From a virus, in the IMG/VR virus record IMGVR_UViG_3300045988_105165, positions 87,445 through 151,444 of that record: 64,000 nucleotides of DNA. One strand, written 5' to 3'. The position numbers were made by a program, and so were the translations under genes. The number at the start of each line of letters is the position of its first letter. The stretch's first letter is position 1. This document shows positions 30,154 through 39,768 of the stretch, piece by piece. The notes under the pieces were generated by a model. It did not search any database. It was not told the origin of the DNA and saw nothing but the letters and a program-made list of their open reading frames with translations.

Positions 30154-30510
30154 TTATATTACTCCTTCCAAATTTACTTTAATAGAACCATTTATGGTTT
30201 TAATGCTCCCATCTATGGTTGAAATCACATCATCTATATCATTTATAATACTTTCCATGTCATCAACCACCTCCTCCATATCAGTTACAGCCTGATCTGA
30301 TTCCCAATATCTTTCTGAGTCTTGTAACGATTCCGGTATATTATCTCTCGCCTCAGTCTCTTCATCTAAAATCATATCAACATCATCTTTGGCTGAATTT
30401 ATGTTGTGCTTCAACTCCGACAACTTTGATTTGATGTATTCAAAATCTGTTTTATACTTATTTACGTTGTTAATAACATCCGATATTTTTTTTCTTCTCT
30501 TGTTGTTCAT
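30154..30510 (-). CDS. hypothetical acidic protein (118 aa)
   Basis: Co-directional ORF. Confidence 0.45.
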   Translation of the reverse strand: MNNKRRKKISDVINNVNKYKTDFEYIKSKLSELKHNINSAKDDVDMILDEETEARDNIPESLQDSERYWESDQAVTDMEEVVDDMESIINDIDDVISTIDGSIKTINGSIKVNLEGVI

Positions 30511-31937
30511 GCCTTTATCTTATTATAATATTCGATAATCTTTTCTTTCCTGTCTCCTGGTTTTACTGCCATATTCTCAGCCAAGAACCTAAAATACGAC
30601 ACTGGTATGTCCTTGAATCTAATTCCTTCATATTTTCCAAACCACATTATTATACTGTCAAGATCGTCTTCTCTCCTACCATCTCCATTCACAGATTTAA
30701 GAGAAGCTGCCCGGCGAAGGATTTCGTCTTTGGTAATAATATCCCCCATCCTTATATTGGATAGAAGCTGATTGCCGGCAAACATACACCAGCCCTTAGA
30801 AGGAAATTGTTCGATCGTTAAATCTTCTATCCGGCCGAAACGCCTCATGTTGTCGCAGCAATCAACTATCAGTGCCTCTTTCTTGTCAGGATGAATACGA
30901 ACGCACCTGCCGAGCACCTGGTAATATGTTGAATATGAGAATGTTGGGCGCCCAAACATCACACAATCAAGTTCGGGAAAATCAAATCCGGTAGCAAGCG
31001 TTGAATAATTAAAAACCACCTTCAACTTACCTTCTTTGAAATCGGATATGATTTGTTCTCTTTTCTTTTTGGTTGTTAGCGATGTTACGACGCCGGTTAT
31101 GGCTCCCATCCTGGCATTCATGAACTCTGATATTCTATTACATGATTCGATAGAATCCATGCAAACCAAAATGGCTTTACGCTCGTTCATAAGCTGAAGA
31201 AGACGCTTATAGATAGAGTTGTTTAAGCCATTTCGCACAATACTTTCTTTAATAGATTCGTTGGTGTATTCGGCCCCGGTACTGTTTAACATCAGAGCCG
31301 ATTCATCAAAAGACCATCGTTCGTACTTAAGAGGGCACCAAAATCCCTGAGAAGTTAGCTCTTGTATTTGAGTCACATGAACTATCTTCTTAAAGAAGTT
31401 ATGTTCGTCTTTCGTCAGCATATTGAGCTTGCTATAGTTCCCTTCCAGCATGGAGCTGTAGGTCCGGAGGCGGCAGGGCGTGGCAGTGAAGCCCAGCACC
31501 TTCGCCTCTGGGAACTCGTTCATAAACTCCATAAATTCAGAACCTTCTTCTGGGGAATATCCTGAATGACATTCGTCTATCAATAAGGTATCTATCCCTA
31601 TATCCTTCAACTTCGCTACATCTTTCTTTATGCTCTTTAATGTTGCATAAGTCATAGCCGACAGTTCTTTTACACCACATGAAGCAGAATATATAGTAGG
31701 CTCAGAGCCGAATGATATAGCCTTCGCATAATTCTGCTCCAGAATCTCTTTAGATGGTTGCAATACAAGAATAGGTCTTTTTAATTCATGAGCTATCTTG
31801 CTAATTATTAAAGACTTCCCCGCTGCACACGGCAAGACTTCTATGCCAGGCTTCTTAGATCTTCCTGTAAGAAACTTAAGCCCGGCATCTACTGCCTCTT
31901 TTTGGTAAGGTCTAAGTTCAAAGCCCACTGCAATCAA
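30507..31937 (-). CDS. superfamily II DNA/RNA helicase (DEAD/DEAH-like)
   Basis: ELRPYQ Q-motif, Walker A PCAAGKS, DECH motif II, TATP motif III, and a C-terminal helicase domain. Confidence 0.75.
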   Translation of the reverse strand: MIAVGFELRPYQKEAVDAGLKFLTGRSKKPGIEVLPCAAGKSLIISKIAHELKRPILVLQPSKEILEQNYAKAISFGSEPTIYSASCGVKELSAMTYATLKSIKKDVAKLKDIGIDTLLIDECHSGYSPEEGSEFMEFMNEFPEAKVLGFTATPCRLRTYSSMLEGNYSKLNMLTKDEHNFFKKIVHVTQIQELTSQGFWCPLKYERWSFDESALMLNSTGAEYTNESIKESIVRNGLNNSIYKRLLQLMNERKAILVCMDSIESCNRISEFMNARMGAITGVVTSLTTKKKREQIISDFKEGKLKVVFNYSTLATGFDFPELDCVMFGRPTFSYSTYYQVLGRCVRIHPDKKEALIVDCCDNMRRFGRIEDLTIEQFPSKGWCMFAGNQLLSNIRMGDIITKDEILRRAASLKSVNGDGRREDDLDSIIMWFGKYEGIRFKDIPVSYFRFLAENMAVKPGDRKEKIIEYYNKIKA

Positions 31938-32316
31938 TATTATAATTCTGTGCGTAAAATCTTATTTCTTCTACCATTATTTTCCTTGCTATTTCTATAT
32001 CGTCTTCATCCAAGCATATATTACATTCTACATAATCGGGATACGATATAGTATTTGCATCTCCTATCGTGTATGCGCAACAATAATCAAACTCTGGTTC
32101 TTTGGCTACAGGAATAAAATCTTTGTCATCTGCCTCTGACAAAGCGCAGTACTCAACATCTGTTTCACACAATACAGTCAATTTTTCGACTTTTATAGTC
32201 AGATTATTATCTTCATAATGACCACTATAAAGCCATAATTCCTTCCCCTTGTTTTTGTAGAAGTCATCCAGTCTTTCCTTGATACTTTTCGCTTTTTTGA
32301 TTTCAATCTTTTCCAT
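31918..32316 (-). CDS. hypothetical Cys-containing protein (132 aa)
   Basis: Co-directional ORF. Confidence 0.45.
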   Translation of the reverse strand: MEKIEIKKAKSIKERLDDFYKNKGKELWLYSGHYEDNNLTIKVEKLTVLCETDVEYCALSEADDKDFIPVAKEPEFDYCCAYTIGDANTISYPDYVECNICLDEDDIEIARKIMVEEIRFYAQNYNIDCSGL

Positions 32317-32325
32317 GACATTTTT

Positions 32326-32634
32326 TTAATTAGTTATTAAAATATATCTTTTAACAATATCTTCAGGCTCCATAGAAAATAACAAACCTGGGCTTTTTTC
32401 GTACTCGTACAGAGTGTACCCTTCCTTTATGTCTAATATCTTAATCACATGCTTGCCTCTTTCAAATGGATCCGTGAAGTAGCCTTTGTATTCGTATCTT
32501 TGACCTACTTTTATTTTGTCGGTTTTCTTCTTCATCTTATACCGATCTATCGCCCTGCTTATTTTTATAAGAGCCGTTACAAACAGGTATGATAATAAAA
32601 AGACTGCCGCTCCTGTTATCAATGCTTCTTTCAT
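32326..32634 (-). CDS. small membrane protein (N-terminal TM)
   Basis: ITGAAVFLLSYLFVTALI hydrophobic helix. 102 aa. Confidence 0.45.
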   Translation of the reverse strand: MKEALITGAAVFLLSYLFVTALIKISRAIDRYKMKKKTDKIKVGQRYEYKGYFTDPFERGKHVIKILDIKEGYTLYEYEKSPGLLFSMEPEDIVKRYILITN

Positions 32635-32800
32635 TGCACCTCTTTTAAGTAATTAAACCAAATAGCTTCCATCTTTTCCTGAAGCTCAAACGCCTTTTTA
32701 AAATTTCCGCACCGTACCGCCACGTTCCTCATCTCTTCAAGATATATGACTTCCGGATCTTGCCGGTATTTTGTTCTTAACTTTTGAACATCCTCGTATT

Positions 32801-33820
32801 TCATCGTTTTATCTTTTTAGACGGATCCCAATCCGAAGAGAAAGGGCATTCGTTTTTGTTATGTAATCCAAAGTCACAATAATAACACAGTGCTGACGGG
32901 CAGGGCATCTTGTTTTTCGGAACAGGCTGGCTTAGGGTGGCGCGCCGCTTGCTATACCTGGCTCCTTCTTCCCCCTGGATGTACGCTTGAAATGATTTTA
33001 CACTATTATCTTCAAAATCATACATTTTAGATAAAGTGTCATTTAGCATCTCTATAGATTTTGTTTTACGTTCCTCATCCACTTTAACCTTTTGGTATTG
33101 TCTGGTCCTGGTAAAGAAATAGATGTTCATATCTGGCAGAACTCCACCATATTTTCTATAGATGTAAAATGAATATATAGGATGCTGTAAATTCGTTTCC
33201 AACTTCTTAGAATCAAAAACCTTATTACCTGATTTCCAATCTATGACATAATGGTGAACTACGTTCTTGCTTTTTATAGCCAGATGAAGGTCTACCGATC
33301 CTACTATGTACACATGTGTATGAACGTCACCATTTATATCAACAGGCTTAGGAAGACGATATGGCAGCACAAAATCTTCTTCGACTCCAACTATAGCGCC
33401 GTGTCTGATAAGTTTCTCACAGGGATTAAGATCACTATCAGCTATCATAAACCTATTCCCGTCTTTTTTAAACAGATCCACAATCCAAGCAAGAAGCTCT
33501 CCAGATTGTTTCATGGCTATCATCATATTTTCCGGTGATTGCCAAGGTATGTCTTCTTGATAGGAATAATAACTTATTGCTTCTCCAAGGTCTTTACCGG
33601 AAGGCTGTCTTCCGTTCTTAAAGAAGTATTCCAGTGTCTTATGGATAACCGTACCATAAGACGTAGCTTCTTGTTTTTCCGTAGACCTTTTGCCCTCTAC
33701 GTAAGTCTTATACCATTTCATTGGACAAGTAAGAAACGTATCTATCTGGGAATAAGATATGGCAAGACGTTTCACACCATTAAACTCCTTATATAGCAAA
33801 TGTGTTTCCGGGACCATCAT
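32801..33820 (-). CDS. PD-(D/E)XK nuclease, Cas4/RecB-like, with a Cys cluster
   Basis: N-terminal YSQIDTFLTCPMKWY, motif III VIDWKSG, C-terminal CPSALCYYC. This is the Cas4-type Fe-S arrangement of one N-terminal Cys plus three C-terminal Cys. Confidence 0.55.
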   Translation of the reverse strand: MMVPETHLLYKEFNGVKRLAISYSQIDTFLTCPMKWYKTYVEGKRSTEKQEATSYGTVIHKTLEYFFKNGRQPSGKDLGEAISYYSYQEDIPWQSPENMMIAMKQSGELLAWIVDLFKKDGNRFMIADSDLNPCEKLIRHGAIVGVEEDFVLPYRLPKPVDINGDVHTHVYIVGSVDLHLAIKSKNVVHHYVIDWKSGNKVFDSKKLETNLQHPIYSFYIYRKYGGVLPDMNIYFFTRTRQYQKVKVDEERKTKSIEMLNDTLSKMYDFEDNSVKSFQAYIQGEEGARYSKRRATLSQPVPKNKMPCPSALCYYCDFGLHNKNECPFSSDWDPSKKIKR

Positions 33821-34176
33821 AAGTCATTGTCTTTAAATCCTTCCGGGTAATATACGACATACTTCTTACCGTCTTCTGGTGTCATGGCAAACTGCATGTA
33901 GTTATTACGATTACGATGCTTACCATCTAATCCTCGCTTCCAATACAGAATCCCGTCTATATCCACATAAGACCGTCCGCGTTCGGCTCTAACTACGTCC
34001 GTGTGTAGCAGATACCCGTCGGAAGACACAATCCACACTTTATCCCCTTTGTTTAAATAAGATATTCTTTTTCTTACAACAACCTTTTTCTTATTATCCA
34101 ATACAAATTCCTCATCAGTCATACTCTTCATCCTCCTCTTCTTCTGTTTCAAAATCAATTCCATAACACTGATCAT
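33817..34176 (-). CDS. hypothetical protein (119 aa)
   Basis: 4-nt overlap. Confidence 0.45.
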   Translation of the reverse strand: MISVMELILKQKKRRMKSMTDEEFVLDNKKKVVVRKRISYLNKGDKVWIVSSDGYLLHTDVVRAERGRSYVDIDGILYWKRGLDGKHRNRNNYMQFAMTPEDGKKYVVYYPEGFKDNDL

Positions 34177-34339
34177 AATGATTGGTCAGTTCTTCTGGTT
34201 CTAAATCTTGTCCAAAATCCATGTTAAAAATATCGTAATTAGTAAAGCATTTAAAAGCACTATCCCCGCCGGCAGGAAATCTATGAATGCTGCTTTTATT
34301 TCTTCAATTAGGCCCAAGTGTAACCTTGGGCCATTGTAT

Positions 34340-36040
34340 TTATTTTTTGTCATCTCCCTTTAACTTCTTTAAAGTATCTGCAATCGGAAGCTGATCAATG
34401 ACTCCCAATGCCGGAGCGACGGTCTTAACAACATTGTTAAGGAAATTACCGGTACTGTTCTGACCGCCGTCAAATACTGTGATATTTCCGAGGTTAATGT
34501 GCTCAAATGCCTTAACCTGTTCTCCGGCAATTTCTTTCCACTGATTAACCATCTTGTACTGGATGGCGATCTGAGGATTGGATTCTGCTGCTTCCACCAT
34601 AGCCTTAAATCCGTCGGCTTCTGCCATCAACGATTTTTTCTTACCTTCGGCTTCTGCCTCCAGCTTCATCTGAATAGCTTTTGCCTCCGCCTCAGCTTTT
34701 GCCAAATGTGCTGCTGCTTCTGCCTCAGCCCGGCGTTTGATCTTCTCTGCCTCAGCATCAGCTTGCAAGATAGCCTCTTCCTTCTGGGTTTCAGCCGGCA
34801 CAATCTTTTCAGCCTTAAGCGCAGCCTGAACTTTCTTAGCCTTAGCTTCTTCCACTTCTTTGTCGGCAAGCTCTTTTGCTGTTTTTACAGCCGCTTCCGA
34901 TTTAACTTTTTCTTCTCCGGCCTTCTTCTCTGATTGAGCTTTGATGATCTGTAGTTCTGATACTGATACAGCAACCTCCTTCTGGGCATTGTTGTATCCT
35001 ATAGACGCATTTTTCTCAGCCTCAGCCTTCTTAATCTGAGCTTCAGAGTCTTGTATTGCTATAGCTGCTTCCTTGTCAGCTTCAGCCTTATTCTTTCCGA
35101 CTTCTTCCATTCTTTCAGCTTCAGCTTTGTTTACCTCAAGTTCTGCCTTAGATCTTGCGATCGCTGATTCCTTATCAGCCAAAGTCTTTGCAATAACCGC
35201 AGCCCTATCTCTATCGGCTTGAGCTACACCGATCTGTTTTTCTTTATCGGTTAAAGCCAAAGCTACTTCTTTTTCTTTCTTTGTTTCAGCTACTACCGTT
35301 TCCTTTTCTTTTTCAGTATAGGCAATTTGAATCTCTTGCTCTTTTTGGGTATTAGCTACAGCCGTTTCTTTTTCCTTTTGCTGTACAGCAATCTTAATAG
35401 CACCCAGCTTTTCCTGTTCTTCGATATTAGCCTGTGCTTCGTTCAGGGCCTTACTTTCAGCTTCTTTGCCAAGATTCATGATATAGCCGGCTTCGTCTCT
35501 GATGTCACTGATGTTGATATTTAGGAGGTAAAGGCCTAACTTATTAAGTTCGTTATCAATGTTTTTTCTTGCCTTATCCAAAAACTCATCCCTGTCAGAA
35601 TTAAGTTTTTCAATCGTCATTTCAGCAATGATCAAACGCATTTGGCCATAAACAATATCCGTAATAAGATTTTCAGTAGATTCAGTATCCATCCCCAAAA
35701 GCCTTTCTGCTGCATTCTGCATAATTTCAGGATTTGTGCTGATTGCTACTGTAATAGTAGTAGGTACATCCACTCTGATATTTTGAGACGACAAAGCACC
35801 GGTGAGCCTACAATCTATTTGCATGGGCTCCATAGACAAAATATCATAGCTTTGAATAATAGGCAAGACAAATGCCGCTCCACCATGATATAATTTCGCC
35901 GATTTCTTTTCCCCACCTGTCTTACCATAAACGACCAAGACCTGATTAGGCTTACATCTACGATACCTTGATAAGACTCCGATGATTGTCAAAATAATCA
36001 CTACAGCTAAGATGGCTGACACGTACATAATTGTTGTCAT
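34340..36040 (-). CDS. flotillin-like SPFH/band-7 protein (YqiK family)
   Basis: N-terminal TM, SPFH start KPNQVLVVYGKTGG..AKLYHGGAAFVLPIIQSYDILSMEP, then a long EA/KE-repeat coiled coil. Length 566 aa, as in YqiK. Confidence 0.8.
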   Translation of the reverse strand: MTTIMYVSAILAVVIILTIIGVLSRYRRCKPNQVLVVYGKTGGEKKSAKLYHGGAAFVLPIIQSYDILSMEPMQIDCRLTGALSSQNIRVDVPTTITVAISTNPEIMQNAAERLLGMDTESTENLITDIVYGQMRLIIAEMTIEKLNSDRDEFLDKARKNIDNELNKLGLYLLNINISDIRDEAGYIMNLGKEAESKALNEAQANIEEQEKLGAIKIAVQQKEKETAVANTQKEQEIQIAYTEKEKETVVAETKKEKEVALALTDKEKQIGVAQADRDRAAVIAKTLADKESAIARSKAELEVNKAEAERMEEVGKNKAEADKEAAIAIQDSEAQIKKAEAEKNASIGYNNAQKEVAVSVSELQIIKAQSEKKAGEEKVKSEAAVKTAKELADKEVEEAKAKKVQAALKAEKIVPAETQKEEAILQADAEAEKIKRRAEAEAAAHLAKAEAEAKAIQMKLEAEAEGKKKSLMAEADGFKAMVEAAESNPQIAIQYKMVNQWKEIAGEQVKAFEHINLGNITVFDGGQNSTGNFLNNVVKTVAPALGVIDQLPIADTLKKLKGDDKK

Positions 36041-36071
36041 AACTTTTAAAATTTAATTGTTGATAAAAAAA

Positions 36072-36566
36072 TTAGATAATTAATTCTCCTTCTTCGTATT
36101 TTATATTCACCTTGTCACCGTTTTTGTAAGTTTTTCCAGACAAGCATCTTACTCTCATTTGCTCCTGTCTTCCATTTTTCGAAATATTTACCATATAATG
36201 ATTCTTCCCTGATCTAAACACTATCTCCACCTCTCTGCCATTTAAATCTTCCGGACATTCGTACACCATTTCTTGTTTTAACTTAAGAAGTAACTTATAT
36301 ACGTAAAACAAAACGATAAAGAAAAGCGACCCTATCACAACCCCTACTAAATGGGAACCCGAAAAGTAGGTAGTCCAGCTATATCCAAGAATAAAATGTG
36401 TTATGCCCTTGAATGATATGATGTCCGACAAAGACATGCTTAAATCAGAAGCACTGTCAATGTCAATATCCGTATCCAGATCAGATCCTAATATCGACAA
36501 CAAAAACTGTATAACAAAAGCAAATGACGCTATTAAAGCCATGCATAAAATCATGTCACTTCCCAT
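36072..36566 (-). CDS. NfeD/YqiJ-like membrane protein (TM helices plus C-terminal OB-fold)
   Basis: Three hydrophobic helices, then GREVEIVF..G..V.I.EGELII. The classic partner gene sits immediately upstream of the flotillin. Confidence 0.6.
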   Translation of the reverse strand: MGSDMILCMALIASFAFVIQFLLSILGSDLDTDIDIDSASDLSMSLSDIISFKGITHFILGYSWTTYFSGSHLVGVVIGSLFFIVLFYVYKLLLKLKQEMVYECPEDLNGREVEIVFRSGKNHYMVNISKNGRQEQMRVRCLSGKTYKNGDKVNIKYEEGELII

Positions 36567-36807
36567 ATCCTTCTGTTATTATTTTGTAAACAAGATCAGT
36601 CATATCTTTGATGGTCTCCATATCATAATCAATAATAACAATATTGAATTTTTGTTCCACCATCACATCAAGCTCAATCCGATCAACAGAATCTAATCCA
36701 AGTTCTTTAAACGACACATCTTCTTCATGAACTATATCTATTTCCGAATTAAGAAACTGAGTAATAATTATATCCTCTATTATCTTTCTGATTCTTACTT
36801 TTTCCAT
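36556..36807 (-). CDS. acyl carrier protein-like (phosphopantetheine-attachment Ser in LGLDSVDRIEL)
   Basis: 83 aa. The motif FKELGLDSVDRIELDVMVEQKFNIVI aligns with E. coli ACP [27 protein letters not shown], and the helix I and IV patterns are conserved. Confidence 0.8.
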   Translation of the reverse strand: MEKVRIRKIIEDIIITQFLNSEIDIVHEEDVSFKELGLDSVDRIELDVMVEQKFNIVIIDYDMETIKDMTDLVYKIITEGYGK

Positions 36808-37508
36808 TGCTTTCTAATTTTGTTAAATAAGTATGTTTTTATGTTTTTCAATCTCTCTTTGTCTGTTTCAGAACTTCCGGTAAATAAATAATCCGGATTG
36901 CCTTTAGCCGGCGGCGTAGGCAATTTAGATACGGCAAACAACCAATCCATTTCCTTATTCTTCTTAGACTCCAAATAAGGCTCGGTAGCGATCTTAAATT
37001 TTTCAGCTATTAAATCAAAGAGCTTTGAATTTTTAAGGTTCATATGGACTGAAAAAGCCTGAGAAGGCGGTTTCCATATGAAGTTACATAAGCTCATTGT
37101 ATAATCTCCTGACTCTGCTATATAAGATTCCGTTACCTGAAGTATGACCTCTTTTTTAAATGAAGTATTACCCATAAACCAACACAATCTGGATTCTGCT
37201 TCTTTTCTGCTGACACCTATGTCTTTCGAATACGATTCGTACATTCCTATCATAATCTTCAACGTTTCCAGAACCTCGTCTGTCATTTCCGGTGTCTCTA
37301 TATAATTCACAAAAGACGTTCCTTTGTTGGTTAATCTCATCACGCCTGATTTTAATTTCTCAACCAGGCCAAGCTCTATATACCTCCCAGCATCTTCTTC
37401 CGGCATGGCTTCGATCATAACCGTATCCTTCTGTCTTATGGCAAGAAGATTGGCAAGATCATTAGGAGTCATGTCTGATGCTGCAAGTTGTCTGAAATTG
37501 ATGTACAT
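36795..37508 (-). CDS. hypothetical protein (237 aa), first gene of the ACP-NfeD-flotillin run
   Basis: Overlaps the ACP start. Confidence 0.5.
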   Translation of the reverse strand: MYINFRQLAASDMTPNDLANLLAIRQKDTVMIEAMPEEDAGRYIELGLVEKLKSGVMRLTNKGTSFVNYIETPEMTDEVLETLKIMIGMYESYSKDIGVSRKEAESRLCWFMGNTSFKKEVILQVTESYIAESGDYTMSLCNFIWKPPSQAFSVHMNLKNSKLFDLIAEKFKIATEPYLESKKNKEMDWLFAVSKLPTPPAKGNPDYLFTGSSETDKERLKNIKTYLFNKIRKQWKK

Positions 37509-37510
37509 TC

Positions 37511-37792
37511 TTAATCAGCTTTAATAAAAATAACATTCTTGTTATCTTGTCTATCAACATGTCCACATAAACCAACAATTATGTCTGTACATGAACAAGA
37601 ATCGTAATCTTCGAATATACATCCATCGCATGTATCACCTTCCACACATTTCAATTTTGCAAGTCCGGCAGTAAATACTTCTCCTACTTTAAATTCCTTC
37701 TTTTCCATATTCCCTCCTTGTTTTTTAACTGTTGTACCCTTCTTTAATAATCGAATTTCTACCGGTAGATACCGACTGTCGAAGATCGTCAT
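37511..37792 (-). CDS. Cys-rich small protein (93 aa)
   Basis: CVEGDTCDGCIFEDYDSCSC. Confidence 0.4.
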   Translation of the reverse strand: MTIFDSRYLPVEIRLLKKGTTVKKQGGNMEKKEFKVGEVFTAGLAKLKCVEGDTCDGCIFEDYDSCSCTDIIVGLCGHVDRQDNKNVIFIKAD

Positions 37793-38327
37793 GTACAGAA
37801 TCTACCGTAGAATACTTGTTTCTGGTTGTAAAAATCACTTCCAGCATCTCCTTGTAATCACCTAAAGCTACTTCGTATCTCGGATCTACTTTGGCTTTTC
37901 TTTCAGCCTCTGCATTACTTTTAGCCAGTTCTCGATCAAGAAGATCTTCTTTGATTCGGTCAGCAATCATATCAAGTTCTTTTTTAATAACTTCTCCTGC
38001 TGCCCGAAGTTGACCTTCTACGTCACCAAGCTGGTCTTGGACGGTACCTATTTCTTTCTTTAGACGATCGTATTCGTTAATCATACCCATATCACCTGCA
38101 TAGCCGGAAAAGTCCTTGATTATTTTGGTTCCTTCTTTAAGGAGCTCAATAACTCGTCTTTTACGTTCTCTGCTTATTAAAGACGGAAGACGATAATTCA
38201 TATCCGCCACCGCCTTATCATGTATGGAGTTGATTAAAAACATCTCTCTTTCATCCCCTGCAAACTCAGTAAGAACCAAAAGGAACTTACTTATCAGGTA
38301 TTCGTTTTCTTCTACTGTTAGTCTCAT
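37725..38327 (-). CDS. hypothetical coiled-coil protein (200 aa)
   Basis: Co-directional ORF. Its 3' end overlaps the next ORF, so the true start is uncertain. Confidence 0.45.
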   Translation of the reverse strand: MRLTVEENEYLISKFLLVLTEFAGDEREMFLINSIHDKAVADMNYRLPSLISRERKRRVIELLKEGTKIIKDFSGYAGDMGMINEYDRLKKEIGTVQDQLGDVEGQLRAAGEVIKKELDMIADRIKEDLLDRELAKSNAEAERKAKVDPRYEVALGDYKEMLEVIFTTRNKYSTVDSVHDDLRQSVSTGRNSIIKEGYNS

Positions 38328-38342
38328 GGTTCTTATTTTTTT

Positions 38343-39470
38343 TTAATACAATGACTGTTCTTCTTTTGTCTCTTGTTCCTGATTGTCCGTAACGTCTTCC
38401 ACAGTATAGAGCTTAGGCGGCGTCGGCGGCTGGTTGGGGTTCACGAACTTCGTCCCGCCCTCCCCGTACATCCATCCATGTCCCGGCAGTATCTCTGGGT
38501 GGATTGTATTAGTAAGCTCTTCCATACTAACTTGCCTTACCTTCAGTATATGATGAAACACAAGTCCGGCTGTCCTGAATGATGTTTTGTTTTCAGTTTT
38601 AAACCTATCAAGAGTCTGATACCAATCTTTCCCAAATATCATATACTTATCCAGCCCGTACCGACGAGGATTGTGCAAACCTATCATTAACGTACATAAC
38701 TGACCCAGCGTATCAGATTGGTAAAAATCAGAAAGACGCGGAGGTTGCTCTTGTGGGCTTTTTATCCTTCCTTCTATCTCTCTGTTGAATTGGGATATGA
38801 TGAGGAAAAATATGTTTTTATATACTAATTTAGCTTCGTTCATAACCGCCACCAAATCATCTATAGCCGACTTAGGATCTAACCCCATTCTTTTTATCAA
38901 AGCAATATGATCGACTTTAAATATTATAAGACGTTTGTCTTTGTGTTTGGTAGCTATATGATACACAGCCGCCTCAAACTCTTTTACTGTACACGGAGCA
39001 TCGATGTATATTATATTATTTCTGATTTCACCTTGAAGGATTTCAAACATCCTCATCTCTTCTACTGTATTAGAATCTTGCCTTCTTAATATTTCAGGAG
39101 CTCGCTTTTTCATATCTTGGCTCATTCTGCGAAGAAGAAGATCCTGAGGATTCATTTCGAACTCGCAATTGACAAGAAAATAATCTTCTGCTTGCGGGTT
39201 GATCATCGGATTCATCACATTCTCCAATATCTTTTGGGCCACATACGATTTACCTACAGATGGCCGGGCTCCTATAGCAATAGCATGCTGAGGAAAAATA
39301 CCTCCAAGCAAAGCCTCGTCAATATAATCGTATCCGGTTTTAGCGGGGATAAGCTCTCCCCGCCTGTATTTTAAGATATTCTCATACGCCTCTTCCATAA
39401 CCTGTTTAGAGGTCTTGAATATCCTTCTTATATCTATCCTATTTGCTATCTCCTCTTGCATTTTTGTCAC
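38343..39470 (-). CDS. DnaB-like replicative helicase (RecA-fold C-terminal domain)
   Basis: TGYDYIDEALLGGIFPQHAIAIGARPSVGKS Walker A block typical of DnaB. Walker-B-like RLIIFKVDHIAL. SD-like AAGGTGA upstream. Confidence 0.65.
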   Translation of the reverse strand: MTKMQEEIANRIDIRRIFKTSKQVMEEAYENILKYRRGELIPAKTGYDYIDEALLGGIFPQHAIAIGARPSVGKSYVAQKILENVMNPMINPQAEDYFLVNCEFEMNPQDLLLRRMSQDMKKRAPEILRRQDSNTVEEMRMFEILQGEIRNNIIYIDAPCTVKEFEAAVYHIATKHKDKRLIIFKVDHIALIKRMGLDPKSAIDDLVAVMNEAKLVYKNIFFLIISQFNREIEGRIKSPQEQPPRLSDFYQSDTLGQLCTLMIGLHNPRRYGLDKYMIFGKDWYQTLDRFKTENKTSFRTAGLVFHHILKVRQVSMEELTNTIHPEILPGHGWMYGEGGTKFVNPNQPPTPPKLYTVEDVTDNQEQETKEEQSLY

Positions 39471-39717
39471 CTTTTGTATCCGATTTGGACCCCCTATTAG
39501 CTTTTACTGATTTATACCTAAGACCGTTCTTGGTATGAGAACAATCCTTGCCTTTCCTCCAGCCCTTGCCCTTCTTCTTGTCCGTTTCGTAGTTTTTACG
39601 ACCAAGCTCCCGGCGTTTGGCTTTCTGTTCCGGTCTGGCATTTATCTCCTTGTCCTTTTTAGCCTTTTTCTTCCTGGCTTCGGGATGAGTCCTGTAGTAC
39701 TCTGTTGATCTGCCCAT
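39439..39717 (-). CDS. highly basic Lys/Arg-rich small protein (92 aa)
   Basis: KKKAKKDKE..KRRELGRK..KKKGKGWRKGK. Confidence 0.4.
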   Translation of the reverse strand: MGRSTEYYRTHPEARKKKAKKDKEINARPEQKAKRRELGRKNYETDKKKGKGWRKGKDCSHTKNGLRYKSVKANRGSKSDTKGDKNARGDSK

Positions 39718-39768
39718 GTGCTTATATTTTTTTGATTAATAATAGCACAAAGATAGGCAATTCGCGCC

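Noticed and set aside
34499-34933. 144-aa plus-strand ORF inside the flotillin gene
   Set aside because: Cys/Phe/Leu-rich antisense translation of the EA-repeat coiled-coil region. Frame shadow.
36795-37508. Sfp-type phosphopantetheinyl transferase partner for the ACP
   Set aside because: Size fits, but no (W/F)xxKE(A/S)xxK or GxD motifs were found by eye. Left as hypothetical.
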